NCBI GenBank assembly: GCA_044225675.1
Contig: JBGAIH010000022.1
Span: forward strand, 6,018-70,017
From: Burkholderiaceae bacterium
Lineage (GTDB): Bacteria > Pseudomonadota > Gammaproteobacteria > Burkholderiales > Burkholderiaceae_C
DNA: 64,000 bases
Direction of reading: 5' to 3'
Position numbers and translations under genes: made by a program. The notes under the pieces are model-generated. The model was given only the letters and a program-made list of their open reading frames with translations, made no database searches and had not been told where the DNA came from. Within the stretch, counting starts at the first letter, position 1, and the number at the start of each line of letters is the position of its first letter. Shown piece by piece: positions 1-9,586 of the stretch.

Positions 1-777
1 CGAGACCGTGTCCATCGACTGCTGGTGCAGCACGCGCGACAGCGCCGACATCTGGTTGCGCAGCTCGGCGGCCTGCTCGAACTCCAGCTTCTCGGCATGG
101 GCCATCATGCGCTGCTCCAGCGCATCGAGCACGGCCTGCGTCTCGCCCTGCAGGAACTCGCCCGCATGGACCACGTCGCGGGCGTAGTCCTGCGGCGTGA
201 CCAGGTTGACGCAGGGGCCGCTGCAGCGCTTGATCTGGTAGAGCAGGCAGGGCCGCGTGCGGTTGCTGAACACGGTGTCCTCGCAGGTGCGCAGGCGAAA
301 CACCTTCTGCAGCAGCAGGATCGACTCCTTGACCGCCCAGGCGCTCGGATACGGCCCGTAGTACTGATGGCGGCGATCGACCGCGCCCCGGTAGTAGGCC
401 ACGCGCGGAAAGGCGCCGGCGCCGCCGGCAGCGCCGTTGTCGGGCGCGGTGATCTTGAGGTACGGGTAGCTCTTGTCGTCGCGGAACAGGATGTTGTACT
501 TCGGATCCAGCCGCTTGATGAGGTTGTTCTCCAGCAGGAGGGCCTCGGCCTCGCTGCGCACGACGGTGGTCTCCATGCGCGCGATCTTGCTGATCATGTG
601 GCCGATGCGCGTGCCGCCATGGTTCTTCTGGAAATAGCTCGCGACGCGCTTCTTGAGATTGCGCGCCTTGCCGACATACAGCACCTGGCCCTGTGCGTCA
701 AAGTACCGGTACACGCCCGGCAAGGCGGGCAAGGCGGCAACTTCACTGAGCAATTGTTCGGAATGCACTTCAGACAT
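1..777 (-). CDS. uvrC: Excinuclease ABC subunit C (UvrC), N-terminal part; gene runs off the left edge
   Basis: Absent from the ORF track because it is open at the window edge. My reverse-complement translation from ATG at 777 gives [49 protein letters not shown]...[37 protein letters not shown], the GIY-YIG module of UvrC. Confidence 0.9.
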   Translation of the reverse strand, partial: MSEVHSEQLLSEVAALPALPGVYRYFDAQGQVLYVGKARNLKKRVASYFQKNHGGTRIGHMISKIARMETTVVRSEAEALLLENNLIKRLDPKYNILFRDDKSYPYLKITAPDNGAAGGAGAFPRVAYYRGAVDRRHQYYGPYPSAWAVKESILLLQKVFRLRTCEDTVFSNRTRPCLLYQIKRCSGPCVNLVTPQDYARDVVHAGEFLQGETQAVLDALEQRMMAHAEKLEFEQAAELRNQMSALSRVLHQQSMDTVS

Positions 778-837
778 GGAAACCCGGCGGGTCGAAAACC
801 GTATTGTGGACAATCCCCGCAGGACGGGTGAAGCAGC

Positions 838-1887
838 ATGCTCTGGGACATTTTCTGCAAGGTCATCGACAACTACGGCGACATCGGCGTGTGCTGGCGC
901 CTGGCCGCCGACCTCGCGGGCCGGGGCGAGGCGGTGCGCCTGCACGTGGACGACGCCAGCGCGCTCGCCTGGATGGCGCCGCAGGGCTGCAAGGGCGTGG
1001 AGGTACGCACCTGGCGCGGCGCCGAAGGCGTGCCGGAGCCGGGCGAGGTCGTCATCGAGGCCTTCGGCTGCGAACTGGACCCTGCCTGGCAGGCCGCCCT
1101 GGCTGCGCGCGCGCGCAGCGCAGCCGGCCCTGCCGCATGGATCAACCTCGAATACCTGAGCGCCGAGGCCTTTGCCGAACGCACGCACGGCCTGCCCTCA
1201 CCTGTGCTGGGCGGCCCGGCCGCCGGACTGACCAAGCATTTCTTCTACCCCGGATTCACGCCGCGCACCGGCGGCCTGATCCGCGAGCCGGACCTCGCAC
1301 AGCGGCAGGCGGCGTTCGACCGTGACGCATGGCTTTCAGGCCAGGGCATCGCGCCCGGGCCGGGCCTGCGGGTGGCGCTGTTCTGCTATGAGCCTCCGGC
1401 CATGGGCCCCCTGCTGGACCAACTGGCCTCACGCGCCAGGGGCGCGCACCTGCTCGTCACGCCCGGCCGCGCGACCGCCTGCGTGCGCGCCGCCCTCGCC
1501 GCCGGCCATGGCGCGGGCCTGCCCGTCACCTGGCTGCCGCCGCTCACGCAGCAGGGCTTCGACGAACTGCTCTGGGCCTGCGACTTCAACCTCGTGCGGG
1601 GCGAAGACTCGCTGGTCCGGGCGCTGTGGGCCGGTCGCCCCTTCGTCTGGCAGATCTATCCGCAGGACGATGGGGCACACCAGGCCAAGCTCGCGGCATG
1701 GCTCGACACCCTGGACGCGCCCGCGTCGTGGCGGCAGTTCCATGCCGCCTGGAACGGCATCGATGACAGCGCCCTGCCGGAAATCGACCTGCCCGGCTGG
1801 CAAGACGCAGTGCAGGCGGCACGCCAGCGCCTCTGGGATCACGAGCTGACCGGCGAACTGCTTCGCTTCTGCCAAAAAAAGCGTTAA
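838..1887 (+). CDS. earP: EF-P arginine-32 rhamnosyltransferase EarP (DUF2331)
   Basis: ORF track 838..1887. The start [23 protein letters not shown] is the hallmark EarP N-terminus. It lies directly upstream of an Arg32-type efp. Confidence 0.85.
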   Translation: MLWDIFCKVIDNYGDIGVCWRLAADLAGRGEAVRLHVDDASALAWMAPQGCKGVEVRTWRGAEGVPEPGEVVIEAFGCELDPAWQAALAARARSAAGPAAWINLEYLSAEAFAERTHGLPSPVLGGPAAGLTKHFFYPGFTPRTGGLIREPDLAQRQAAFDRDAWLSGQGIAPGPGLRVALFCYEPPAMGPLLDQLASRARGAHLLVTPGRATACVRAALAAGHGAGLPVTWLPPLTQQGFDELLWACDFNLVRGEDSLVRALWAGRPFVWQIYPQDDGAHQAKLAAWLDTLDAPASWRQFHAAWNGIDDSALPEIDLPGWQDAVQAARQRLWDHELTGELLRFCQKKR

Positions 1888-2002
1888 AATTCAAGGCTTT
1901 GCTGATGGCGCCGTCATGGCGTGGTCGGCTCCTCGCCGCAAGAGCTTCAGGCCCGCAAGGTGCCTGCCGGGCCTGAAGCGGCAAAAAATCCCTCCTAACA
2001 CC

Positions 2003-2557
2003 ATGAAAATCGCTCAAGAAATCCGCGCCGGCAACGTCATCATGCACGGCAAGGACCCGATGGTCGTCCTCAAGACCGAATACAGCCGCGGTGGCCGCAA
2101 CTCCGCCACCGTGCGCATGAAGCTCAAGAGCCTGATCGCCAACTTCAACACCGAAGTGGTTTTCAAGGCCGACGACAAGATGGACCAGATCATCCTGGAC
2201 AAGAAGGAGTGCACCTACTCCTACTTCGCCGACCCGATGTACGTCTGGATGGACACCGAGTACAACCAGTACGAGGTCGAGGCCGAGAACATGGGCGACG
2301 CGCTGAACTACCTCGAAGACGGCATGGGCGCCGAAGTGGTGTTCTATGACGGCAAGGCCATCTCGGTCGAGCTGCCCACCAGCGTCGAGCGCGAGATCAC
2401 CTGGACCGAACCCGCCGTCAAGGGCGACACCTCGGGCAAGGTGCTCAAGCCCGCGAAGATCGCCACCGGCTTCGAGATCGGCGTGCCGATCTTCGTGGCC
2501 CAGGGCGACCGCGTGGAAATCGACACGCGCACCGGCGAATACCGCAAGCGCGTCTGA
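2003..2557 (+). CDS. efp: Elongation factor P (Arg32, EarP-modified type)
   Basis: ORF 1916..2557 trimmed to ATG 2003 ([17 protein letters not shown]...). The loop SRGGRNSA puts Arg at residue 32. A terminator follows. Confidence 0.95.
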   Translation: MKIAQEIRAGNVIMHGKDPMVVLKTEYSRGGRNSATVRMKLKSLIANFNTEVVFKADDKMDQIILDKKECTYSYFADPMYVWMDTEYNQYEVEAENMGDALNYLEDGMGAEVVFYDGKAISVELPTSVEREITWTEPAVKGDTSGKVLKPAKIATGFEIGVPIFVAQGDRVEIDTRTGEYRKRV

Positions 2558-2576
2558 GCGCCCCTCACCAACGCAG

Positions 2577-2601
2577 AAGGCTCCCCTCCGGAGCCTTTTT
2601 T
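2577..2601 (+). terminator. Rho-independent terminator after efp
   Basis: Stem aaggctcc / ggagcctt with a 5-nt loop, followed by a T-run (2596-2601). Confidence 0.7.
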
Positions 2602-2621
2602 CTTGGCCCGCCCACCCCGCC

Positions 2622-3440
2622 ATGGACTTCGACCCCGCGCACATTGCGGCCCCATTCCGCATGCAACCGGGCCTGCGGCGGATGGGCCCCGACGAGCCCC
2701 ATCTCACGCCGCTGACAGAAGGCAGCCGGCTGCATGCCGGCAAGCTGGCCGTGGTGCGCGCTGGCGAGCACCTGCAGGCCGTGCCCGGCTTCGATCCCGC
2801 ACCCGCGCTGACCGCCCTGGCCCAGCGCGCCGCCCGGCAAGGGCTGGCCGGCACGCCGGCACTCGATGCCAACGCGCTCGCCCTGGCCTTCGAGCAGGAC
2901 TTCGCGGTGCTCGACGGCGCCACCGGCCGCCTCGCCTGGCTGTGCGTCTGCTCGCCTTCCCACTGGGCGCCCGAGGACAAGATCGGCCTCGACCTTGCCG
3001 CCGTCCATGCGCCCGTGGCCGACGGCCGGAACCTGCTTGCCGCATCCGCCCACCTGGTGCAACTGGCGACCGGCGGCGAATGCTGGGAGCGTTTCGTCTG
3101 GACGATCTCGCCCTCGACCCGCCACGACCAGCATCCGCGACGCCAGCCGCGCGAGCCGTGGCCGGCCACCGACGATGCCGCTGCCTTCGCCGCCGCCTGC
3201 CATCTGCGCGCCGAGCGCCAGACCTTCTTCCCCGTAGGCCAGGGCACGCGCCAGGCGGTGTTCACCATCCGCGTCATGATCGAGCCGTTGACGGCCTTCG
3301 TGCGCGATGCGGCCTGCGCGCGGCGCCTGCATGACGCCCTGGCCTCGATGTCCGACGCCGTCCTCGACTACAAGAGCCTCATGCGCGCCCGGGCGCCGCT
3401 GCTGCAATGGCTCGCCTCCTATCCTTCCTGCGGAAGCTGA
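2622..3440 (+). CDS. DUF3445-like protein (heme-dependent oxidative N-demethylase family?)
   Basis: ORF 2346..3440 trimmed to ATG 2622, just past the efp terminator. MDFDPAHIAAPFRMQPGLRRM...CVCSPSHWAPEDKIG resembles DUF3445 proteins as I remember them. Family call is from memory only. Confidence 0.55.
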   Translation: MDFDPAHIAAPFRMQPGLRRMGPDEPHLTPLTEGSRLHAGKLAVVRAGEHLQAVPGFDPAPALTALAQRAARQGLAGTPALDANALALAFEQDFAVLDGATGRLAWLCVCSPSHWAPEDKIGLDLAAVHAPVADGRNLLAASAHLVQLATGGECWERFVWTISPSTRHDQHPRRQPREPWPATDDAAAFAAACHLRAERQTFFPVGQGTRQAVFTIRVMIEPLTAFVRDAACARRLHDALASMSDAVLDYKSLMRARAPLLQWLASYPSCGS

Positions 3441-3446
3441 CACCCG

Positions 3447-4325
3447 ATGGACCTTCTTGCACGCATTGGCCAGATCATCATTCCGGTGTTCTTCGTCGTG
3501 GCGGTGGGCTACTTCTACGGCCGGCGCAGCCGCCCCGATCTGTCGACGTTCAACCGGATCATGCTCGACGTGCTGGCGCCGGTGCTGGTCTACGCGGCCC
3601 TGGCCGCCCGCGAGTTCCGCCTGCAGGATCACCTGCTGCTGCTCCTGGGCGGCTCGCTGCTGATCGCCGGCAGCGGGGCGCTGGGCTGGCTGCTGGCGCG
3701 CGTCGCTCGCGCACAGCCCCGCACGCTGGTGCCGGTGGTGATGTTCAACAATTGCGGCAACATGGGCCTGCCCCTGGCGCTGCTGGCTTTCGGGCCCGAG
3801 CATTTCGGCGCGGCGGTCGCGCTGTTCTCGGTCAGCAACCTGCTGCATTTTTCGGTGGGCACGCGCATCACCAGCGCGCAGGCCAGCACCCGCGAACTGC
3901 TGCTGAGCCCCCTGATGGTGGCGACGGCCCTGGGCTTTGCCAGCGCGTGGAGCGGCGTGCGCCCGCCCGACGTGATCCTGGCCGGCATGAAGCTGCTGGG
4001 CGAGGCCATGCTGCCGATGATGCTCTTTGCGCTCGGTGTGCGGCTCACGGCGCTGCGGCGCGAATCCGTGCCGCTCGGACTGCTGGGCGCGTTCGCCCGT
4101 CCGGTGGCCGGACTGGCCGTGGCCTTGCCACTGGCCTGGGCGCTCGGACTCGACGCCAACGCGCGGGCGCAACTCATCCTCTTCAGCGCCCTGCCGCCGG
4201 CGGTGATGCAGTTCATGCTCGCCGAACGCTACCACCAGGAGCCGGAGAAGGTGGCCGCCATGATCCTGCTGGGCAATGCGCTGGCCGTCGTGTTCATTCC
4301 ACTGGCCCTCGCGCTGGCGCTCTGA
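3447..4325 (+). CDS. AEC (auxin efflux carrier) family permease
   Basis: ORF track. Multi-span hydrophobic protein; MDLLARIGQIIIPVFFVVAVGYF and C-terminal ILFSALPPAVMQFMLAERY are typical of AEC transporters. Confidence 0.8.
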   Translation: MDLLARIGQIIIPVFFVVAVGYFYGRRSRPDLSTFNRIMLDVLAPVLVYAALAAREFRLQDHLLLLLGGSLLIAGSGALGWLLARVARAQPRTLVPVVMFNNCGNMGLPLALLAFGPEHFGAAVALFSVSNLLHFSVGTRITSAQASTRELLLSPLMVATALGFASAWSGVRPPDVILAGMKLLGEAMLPMMLFALGVRLTALRRESVPLGLLGAFARPVAGLAVALPLAWALGLDANARAQLILFSALPPAVMQFMLAERYHQEPEKVAAMILLGNALAVVFIPLALALAL

Positions 4326-4400
4326 GCCAGCGCGACGGCGATCTCGCGCTGGCGCTCTGAGTCAGCGGACGGCGATCTCTCGCTGGCGCTCTGAGCCAGC
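4310..4400. repeat. Tandem repeat, about 35 bp x 2.6, spanning the AEC stop codon
   Basis: cgcgctggcgctctgagccagcgcgacggcgatct (4310-4344), a near-identical copy at 4345-4380, and a partial copy at 4381-4400. Confidence 0.9.
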
Positions 4401-4416
4401 CCAGCGCGCGGCCCGG

Positions 4417-5115
4417 TCAGAACACGCGGCGCGTCATCAGGGCGATGGCGACAGCGCCGATCACCAGAACCACGGCGATCAGCCCGCCCCAGGTCAGGAA
4501 CGCATGGGAAGCCGGGATGGTTGCGGCCTGGGACTGCGCCGCGCCGGGAGGCGGCAAAGGAGGAAGGGACGCCAGCAGTTCACGCGCCGTGTCGGGGCTG
4601 AAAAGATCGAGCGACAGGCGTTGCAGGGGCGAGTCGGGCGTCACGACCACCGCCGTCGAATTGCGCAGCCACAGGTCCACGCGCGAGCCCTGGACCTGAC
4701 CCATCGCAAGCAGCGACAGCGGAATCTTGATGCGGGTGTCGCGTGAGCCGAACAGCTGCCGGCAGCGTCCGGCCAGGCGCAGCACATCGGTCTGCACGCG
4801 GACTTCCATCTCGCCGCGGAAATCCGGGATCGACAGGCCGCGCCCCGCGACGCCCGCCAGCGCGGCCGAGTAGGTGCCCTTGACGATGGAAAATGCGCCG
4901 CTTTGCGACGGGTTGAATCCCGCCGGTGCGTCGAGCCGGTCGCGCCGGCCCAGCAGGTCCGCGACGGTCAGCTGCGTGCCGTCGCCGCCGATCAGCACAT
5001 GGTCGCTGCTGAGCGTCTGCTTGATGCGCATGCCCACGATGGTGCGGCGATCGTAGGGCCCCACTCGACGTCCTTCGAGCACTACGTGATATCTCGATGC
5101 GTTGTCGACTTCCAT
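4417..5115 (-). CDS. Hypothetical tail-anchored membrane protein with GYF-like N-terminal domain
   Basis: ORF 4417..5193 trimmed to ATG 5115 (ggagagagagaacaccaATG). N-terminus YHVVLEGRRVGPYDRRTIVGMRIKQTL resembles GYF_2/DUF4339. A single C-terminal TM segment is present (WGGLIAVVLVIGAVAIALM). Confidence 0.6.
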   Translation of the reverse strand: MEVDNASRYHVVLEGRRVGPYDRRTIVGMRIKQTLSSDHVLIGGDGTQLTVADLLGRRDRLDAPAGFNPSQSGAFSIVKGTYSAALAGVAGRGLSIPDFRGEMEVRVQTDVLRLAGRCRQLFGSRDTRIKIPLSLLAMGQVQGSRVDLWLRNSTAVVVTPDSPLQRLSLDLFSPDTARELLASLPPLPPPGAAQSQAATIPASHAFLTWGGLIAVVLVIGAVAIALMTRRVF

Positions 5116-5182
5116 TGGTGTTCTCTCTCTCCGCCGGCAAGGATACCGGAGAAAGTTCACAAAAGAAGCAGAAAATAGCCGG

Positions 5183-6046
5183 ATGGATTCCACACCCGAC
5201 CTTCACGACCAACGCCTGGGCGACGCCTGGACCGCCCTCAAATCCGAAACCCACACCGCCGCGCCACTCGAGCCGGACCCGCGCCGCCTGGCCTTCGCCG
5301 ACCCGGAGTTCCTGCTGCGCCGCGAGACGCGGGGCATCCGGTTCCAGCTTGAACTCCTCAAGCCGGACCTCGAACAGCAGGCGCACGGCATCGAGAACAC
5401 GATCGTCGTCTTCGGCAGCGCCCGCTACCGCAGCGAGGAGGCCAGCAGCCAGTTGCTGGCGCAGGCGCGGGCCAGCGGCCAGCCCGAACTGCTGGGCCGC
5501 GCCCAGGCCATCGCACGCAACGCGCACTACTACGAGAAGGCGCGCGCCTTCGGCGGCCTGGTGGCGCGCTACAGCGAAGACAAGCGGCCGGAGGACCGGC
5601 TTTTCATCTGCACCGGCGGCGGGCCGGGCATCATGGAGGCGGCCAACCGGGGCGCGCACGAGGCCGGCGGCATCAGCGTCGGCCTGTCGATCGTGCTGCC
5701 CCGCGAGGAGGAGCCCAACCCTTACGTGACGCCGGCGCTGAGCTTCAAGTTCCACTACTTCGCGCTGCGCAAGATGCACTTCATGATGCGCGCCAAGGCC
5801 TTGGTGGCCTTCCCGGGCGGCTTCGGCACGATGGACGAGCTGTTCGAGACGCTGACCCTGGTGCAGTGCCGCAAGGCCCGGCCCCTGCCCATCGTGCTGT
5901 TCGGCTCGAACCACTGGAAGCGGCTGCTCAATCTGGAGGTGCTGGTCGAGGAAGGGGCCATCTCGCCCGAGGACCTGCAGCTGTTCAGCTACGCCGATGA
6001 GCCGGCCGAGGCGTGGGATCAGGTCAGGGCTTTCTACAAGCTTTGA
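5183..6046 (+). CDS. LOG family protein (TIGR00730, nucleotide 5-prime-monophosphate nucleosidase-like)
   Basis: ORF 5102..6046 trimmed to ATG 5183. Motifs GGGPGIMEAANRGA and PGGFGTMDELFE are LOG signatures. Confidence 0.85.
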   Translation: MDSTPDLHDQRLGDAWTALKSETHTAAPLEPDPRRLAFADPEFLLRRETRGIRFQLELLKPDLEQQAHGIENTIVVFGSARYRSEEASSQLLAQARASGQPELLGRAQAIARNAHYYEKARAFGGLVARYSEDKRPEDRLFICTGGGPGIMEAANRGAHEAGGISVGLSIVLPREEEPNPYVTPALSFKFHYFALRKMHFMMRAKALVAFPGGFGTMDELFETLTLVQCRKARPLPIVLFGSNHWKRLLNLEVLVEEGAISPEDLQLFSYADEPAEAWDQVRAFYKL

Positions 6047-7196
6047 GGCCCCAGGCAGCGCGTGATCCGGCGGCCACGACCGCGCCAACCGCCCAGAACA
6101 CGCCGCCCACCCCGATGATCGAGCCGACGGCGCCGAACATCACCGGCACCGCCACGCTCGACGCGTTGATCAGCAGGAGGCGCAGGCCCAGCGCCTCGCC
6201 ATGGCGATGCTCGGGCGTGATCTGGTGCAGAGTGCTCATGATCATGGGCTGCACCACGCCGAGGGCGAAGCCCAGCAGCACCGAGCACAGGCCCATGGCC
6301 AGCGGCGCGTAAAGCAGCGGATAGATCGCGAAGAGCACGGCGGTGGCCAGCATGGCGCCGGTCAGCATCACCGACTCGGTCAGCCGCTCCGCCACCAGCG
6401 GCATGACCATGCGGATCGCTGCCGCTGCGATGGCGAAGGCGCCCAGGATGCTGCCGATGGCCGACGCGCTCATGCCGCGTTCGTGGCCCAGCACCGGCAC
6501 GACGAAGGTGTGCACGTCCCAGCAGGACGAGAGGATCCAGTTGACCAGCATGAGCCGCCTGAACATCGGCTCGCGCAGCAGGTCCCACGCGCTGCGCGGC
6601 GCTGCGCCCTGCTCCGGCGCGACGGGCGGCAGCTCGCGCGCCCGCGAGACCCAGTACCAGCTGATCAGCGGAAACACGGCCATGAGCAGGAAAGCCGCCC
6701 GGTAGCCGGTGAGATCGCCGGCACGCTCGCCAGCGAAGTCGATCAGGAGACCGGCACAGAAAGGCCCCAGGAAGTTCGAGATGGCGGGCCCGATGGCCAG
6801 CAGGCTGAAGACCTGCCGAAGTTGCGTCGTGCCGGCCGCCGCGCGCCCGACGTGACGCTGCAGCGCGATGACCGCCGCCCCCGTGGCCCCACCCGTGAGC
6901 AAGGCCGCCAGGCACAGCACCGGAAACACCGGGAAGGCCACCGCCAGCAGCGCTCCGGCCACGCAGGCCACCACCGCCAGCCCGACCGGCCGGCGCAGGC
7001 CATGCCGATCAGCATAGCGCCCGGCAGGCAGCGCGAGAAACACCTGCGTCAGCGCAAACAGCGCGAGCAGGAACCCGACCGATGCGGCGCTGTGACCCTG
7101 GGTGAGCGCCAGCAGCGGCGCGGCCATGCGCACGCCCGCCATGCAGGCATGGAGGAACACATGCCCCGCGATCAGCCGGCCCAGCTCGGCGTTCAT
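6024..7196 (-). CDS. MFS transporter
   Basis: ORF track; about 12 hydrophobic segments, with an LPAGRYADRHGLRRP loop typical of MFS. Confidence 0.85.
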   Translation of the reverse strand: MNAELGRLIAGHVFLHACMAGVRMAAPLLALTQGHSAASVGFLLALFALTQVFLALPAGRYADRHGLRRPVGLAVVACVAGALLAVAFPVFPVLCLAALLTGGATGAAVIALQRHVGRAAAGTTQLRQVFSLLAIGPAISNFLGPFCAGLLIDFAGERAGDLTGYRAAFLLMAVFPLISWYWVSRARELPPVAPEQGAAPRSAWDLLREPMFRRLMLVNWILSSCWDVHTFVVPVLGHERGMSASAIGSILGAFAIAAAAIRMVMPLVAERLTESVMLTGAMLATAVLFAIYPLLYAPLAMGLCSVLLGFALGVVQPMIMSTLHQITPEHRHGEALGLRLLLINASSVAVPVMFGAVGSIIGVGGVFWAVGAVVAAGSRAAWGLKACRKP

Positions 7197-8548
7197 GGCG
7201 CCCCCTCCTCGCCGGCGCCCTCACCGCCTGCATCGAGTCCGGGCAGGAGCCCTGCAGCCTGCGGCTCAGGCAAGGCCTCGACCGAACGGAGCGCGCGATG
7301 CATCACGTTGCTGCGGGTCTGCGCCTTCTCCAGCGAATTGAGTACGGTCTGCGTCTGGTCCCTGACGCGGGCGAGCACCTCGCCGAACTTGCCGAACTCG
7401 GTCTTGACGGCACCCAGTACCTGCCAGACCTCGCTGGAGCGGCGCTCAAGGGCGAGCGTGCGAAAGCCCATCTGCAGCGAGTTGAGCATGGCCAGCAAGG
7501 TGGTCGGGCCGGCCAGCGTGACGCGGTGGTCGCGCTGCAGGCCCTCCATCAGGCCGGGGCGCCGCAGTACCTCGGCATAGAGCCCCTCGGTCGGCAGGAA
7601 CAGGATGGCGAAGTCGGTGGTATGCGGTGGCTCGACGTACTTGTCGGCGATCGACCGGGCTTCGGTCCGGATGCGCATCTCCAGCGCCTTGCCGGCCAGC
7701 TCCGCTGCCCCCGCATCGGCGCGCTGCTGGGCATCGAGCAGACGCTCGTAGTCTTCGTTGGGGAATTTCGCGTCGATCGGGAGCCAGACCGGCGCTGCGT
7801 CGGATGCACGGCCCGGCAGGCGGATCGCGAAGTCCACCATGTTGCGGCTGCCCGGGCGGGTGGCCACCTGCACCGCATACTGGTCTGGCGCGAATACCTG
7901 CTCCAGCAGCGCGCCCAGTTGGGCTTCGCCGAAGACGCCGCGGCTCTTCACGTTGGTGAGCAGATGCTTGAGGTCGCCCACGCCCTGCGCGAGGGCCTGC
8001 ATCTCGCCCAGACCCTTGTGGACCTGCTCCAGCCGGTCGGCCACCTGCTTGAAGCTCTCGCCCAGTCGCGCCTCGAGCGTGCCCTGCAGCTTCTCGTCGA
8101 CCGTGCGGCGCATCTCGTCGAGCTTGGCGGCGTTGCCCTGCTGCAGTTGCGTCAGCTGCGCCTCCAGCGTCGATCGCACCTCGGACAGCCGCCGCGCGTT
8201 CGACTCGCTGAGGCCCTGCAACTGCAACGTGAGCGTGTCCGACAGGGACTTCTGCAGGAGCGTGAGTTGCTGGGCGAAGCCGTCAATCTGAGCGTTCTGC
8301 GTGCGCGTGGCCTCGGCCGCCTGCTGCAGCAGGCTCTGCTGAAACGTGGCCAGCGCCTGGCCCAGCTCCTGTCGCGCGGCACGCGACGATTCGTTCATCT
8401 CGCGCCGAAGTTCACGCTCGAGCCGGTCGGCAGCCGCGAGCGCCGCAGCCTGCGACGAATCGGGCGGCCGCCGCAGCACCAGGACGAGCAGCAGGACCAG
8501 GCTCAGGGCGGCGAGCGCGACGAGAACCCAGGCCTGCAACTGCGACAT
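7193..8548 (-). CDS. rmuC: DNA recombination protein RmuC
   Basis: ORF track. N-terminal TM, long coiled coil, and a C-terminal nuclease-like domain (VDFAIRLPG...WLPIDAKFP...FLPTEGLY). Confidence 0.9.
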   Translation of the reverse strand: MSQLQAWVLVALAALSLVLLLVLVLRRPPDSSQAAALAAADRLERELRREMNESSRAARQELGQALATFQQSLLQQAAEATRTQNAQIDGFAQQLTLLQKSLSDTLTLQLQGLSESNARRLSEVRSTLEAQLTQLQQGNAAKLDEMRRTVDEKLQGTLEARLGESFKQVADRLEQVHKGLGEMQALAQGVGDLKHLLTNVKSRGVFGEAQLGALLEQVFAPDQYAVQVATRPGSRNMVDFAIRLPGRASDAAPVWLPIDAKFPNEDYERLLDAQQRADAGAAELAGKALEMRIRTEARSIADKYVEPPHTTDFAILFLPTEGLYAEVLRRPGLMEGLQRDHRVTLAGPTTLLAMLNSLQMGFRTLALERRSSEVWQVLGAVKTEFGKFGEVLARVRDQTQTVLNSLEKAQTRSNVMHRALRSVEALPEPQAAGLLPGLDAGGEGAGEEGAP

Positions 8549-8599
8549 GTCGTGACTCGGGCCGCCGTAACTCAGGTCGCGTAGCTCAGGTCGCGTGCC

Positions 8600-9586
8600 T
8601 CAGACCGCCGCCAGCACGGCCGGATTGAGCGGCGTGCGCGGCTGGCCCTCGATCAGATACCCGATCAGGTTGTCAGCGGCCAGTTGAGCCATCGCCAGGC
8701 GGGTCGGCAGCGTGGCGCTCGCGATGTGCGGGGTCAGCACCACGTTGGGCACGTCCAGCAGTTCGGGGTGGACCTGCGGCTCGCCCTCGAACACGTCGAG
8801 GCCGGCAGCGGCGATGCGGCGCTCGCGCAGGGCCTCGGCCAGCGCGGCGTCGTCCACGATGCCGCCGCGCGCGATGTTCACGAGGTTGGCGGTCGGCTTC
8901 ATGAGGGCCAGCTCGGCCGCGCCAATGGCGTGATGCGATGCCGGCGTGTAGGGCAGCACCAGCACCAGATGATCCGCCGTCCGAAGCAGCTCGTCCTTGC
9001 TCACGTAGCGAGCCCCGCATGCGGCTTCGGTCGCCGCATCGAGGCGCGAACGGTTGTGGTAGATCACCTTCATGCCAAAGCCGTGGGCGCCGCGCCGCGC
9101 AATGCCCTGGCCGATGCGGCCCATGCCGAGAATCCCCAGCGTGGAGCCGTGCACGTCGGAGCCGGCGAACATGTCGTAGGACCACTTGTTCCAGCGGCCG
9201 GCACGCAGGAAATGCTCGCTCTCGGTCACCCGCCGGGCGGTGGCCATCAGCAGCGCAAAGCCGAAATCGGCCGTCGTCTCGGTCAGCACGTCGGGCGCGT
9301 TGGTCCCGAGCACGCGGTGAGCAGTCATGGCGTCGAGGTCCATGTTGTTGAAGCCCACCGCCATGCTGGCGCAGATGCGCAGCTGCGGACAGGCCGCCAG
9401 CAGCGCCTTGTCGATCTTCTCGGTGCCGGTGATGAACACGCCCACCTTGCCCTGCAGCCGCGCGATCAGCGCGTCGCGGCTCCAGAGCACGTCGTCCTGG
9501 TTGGTCTCGACCTCGAAATGCCGCGCCAGGCGCTCGATGATCTCCGGAAAGATCGCTCTTGATAGAAGAATGGAAGGTTTGCTCAT
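8600..9586 (-). CDS. D-isomer-specific 2-hydroxyacid dehydrogenase (glyoxylate/hydroxypyruvate reductase-like)
   Basis: ORF track. GILGMGRIGQGIARR NAD fold, NIARGGIVDD and TPHIASAT catalytic motifs. Its start overlaps the upstream stop (TGATG). Confidence 0.85.
   Translation of the reverse strand: MSKPSILLSRAIFPEIIERLARHFEVETNQDDVLWSRDALIARLQGKVGVFITGTEKIDKALLAACPQLRICASMAVGFNNMDLDAMTAHRVLGTNAPDVLTETTADFGFALLMATARRVTESEHFLRAGRWNKWSYDMFAGSDVHGSTLGILGMGRIGQGIARRGAHGFGMKVIYHNRSRLDAATEAACGARYVSKDELLRTADHLVLVLPYTPASHHAIGAAELALMKPTANLVNIARGGIVDDAALAEALRERRIAAAGLDVFEGEPQVHPELLDVPNVVLTPHIASATLPTRLAMAQLAADNLIGYLIEGQPRTPLNPAVLAAV

Noticed and set aside
1586-4235. Long minus-strand ORFs 1586..3277 (563 aa) and 2565..4235 (556 aa)
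   Set aside because: Their translations are Arg/Ala/Gly/Pro-rich low complexity. They lie antisense to efp, the DUF3445-like gene and the AEC permease, all of which have recognisable family signatures. These are typical shadow ORFs of very GC-rich DNA.
4310-4400. Possible CRISPR array
   Set aside because: There are only 2.6 directly abutting copies with no spacers, and no cas genes in the window. It is a simple tandem duplication.
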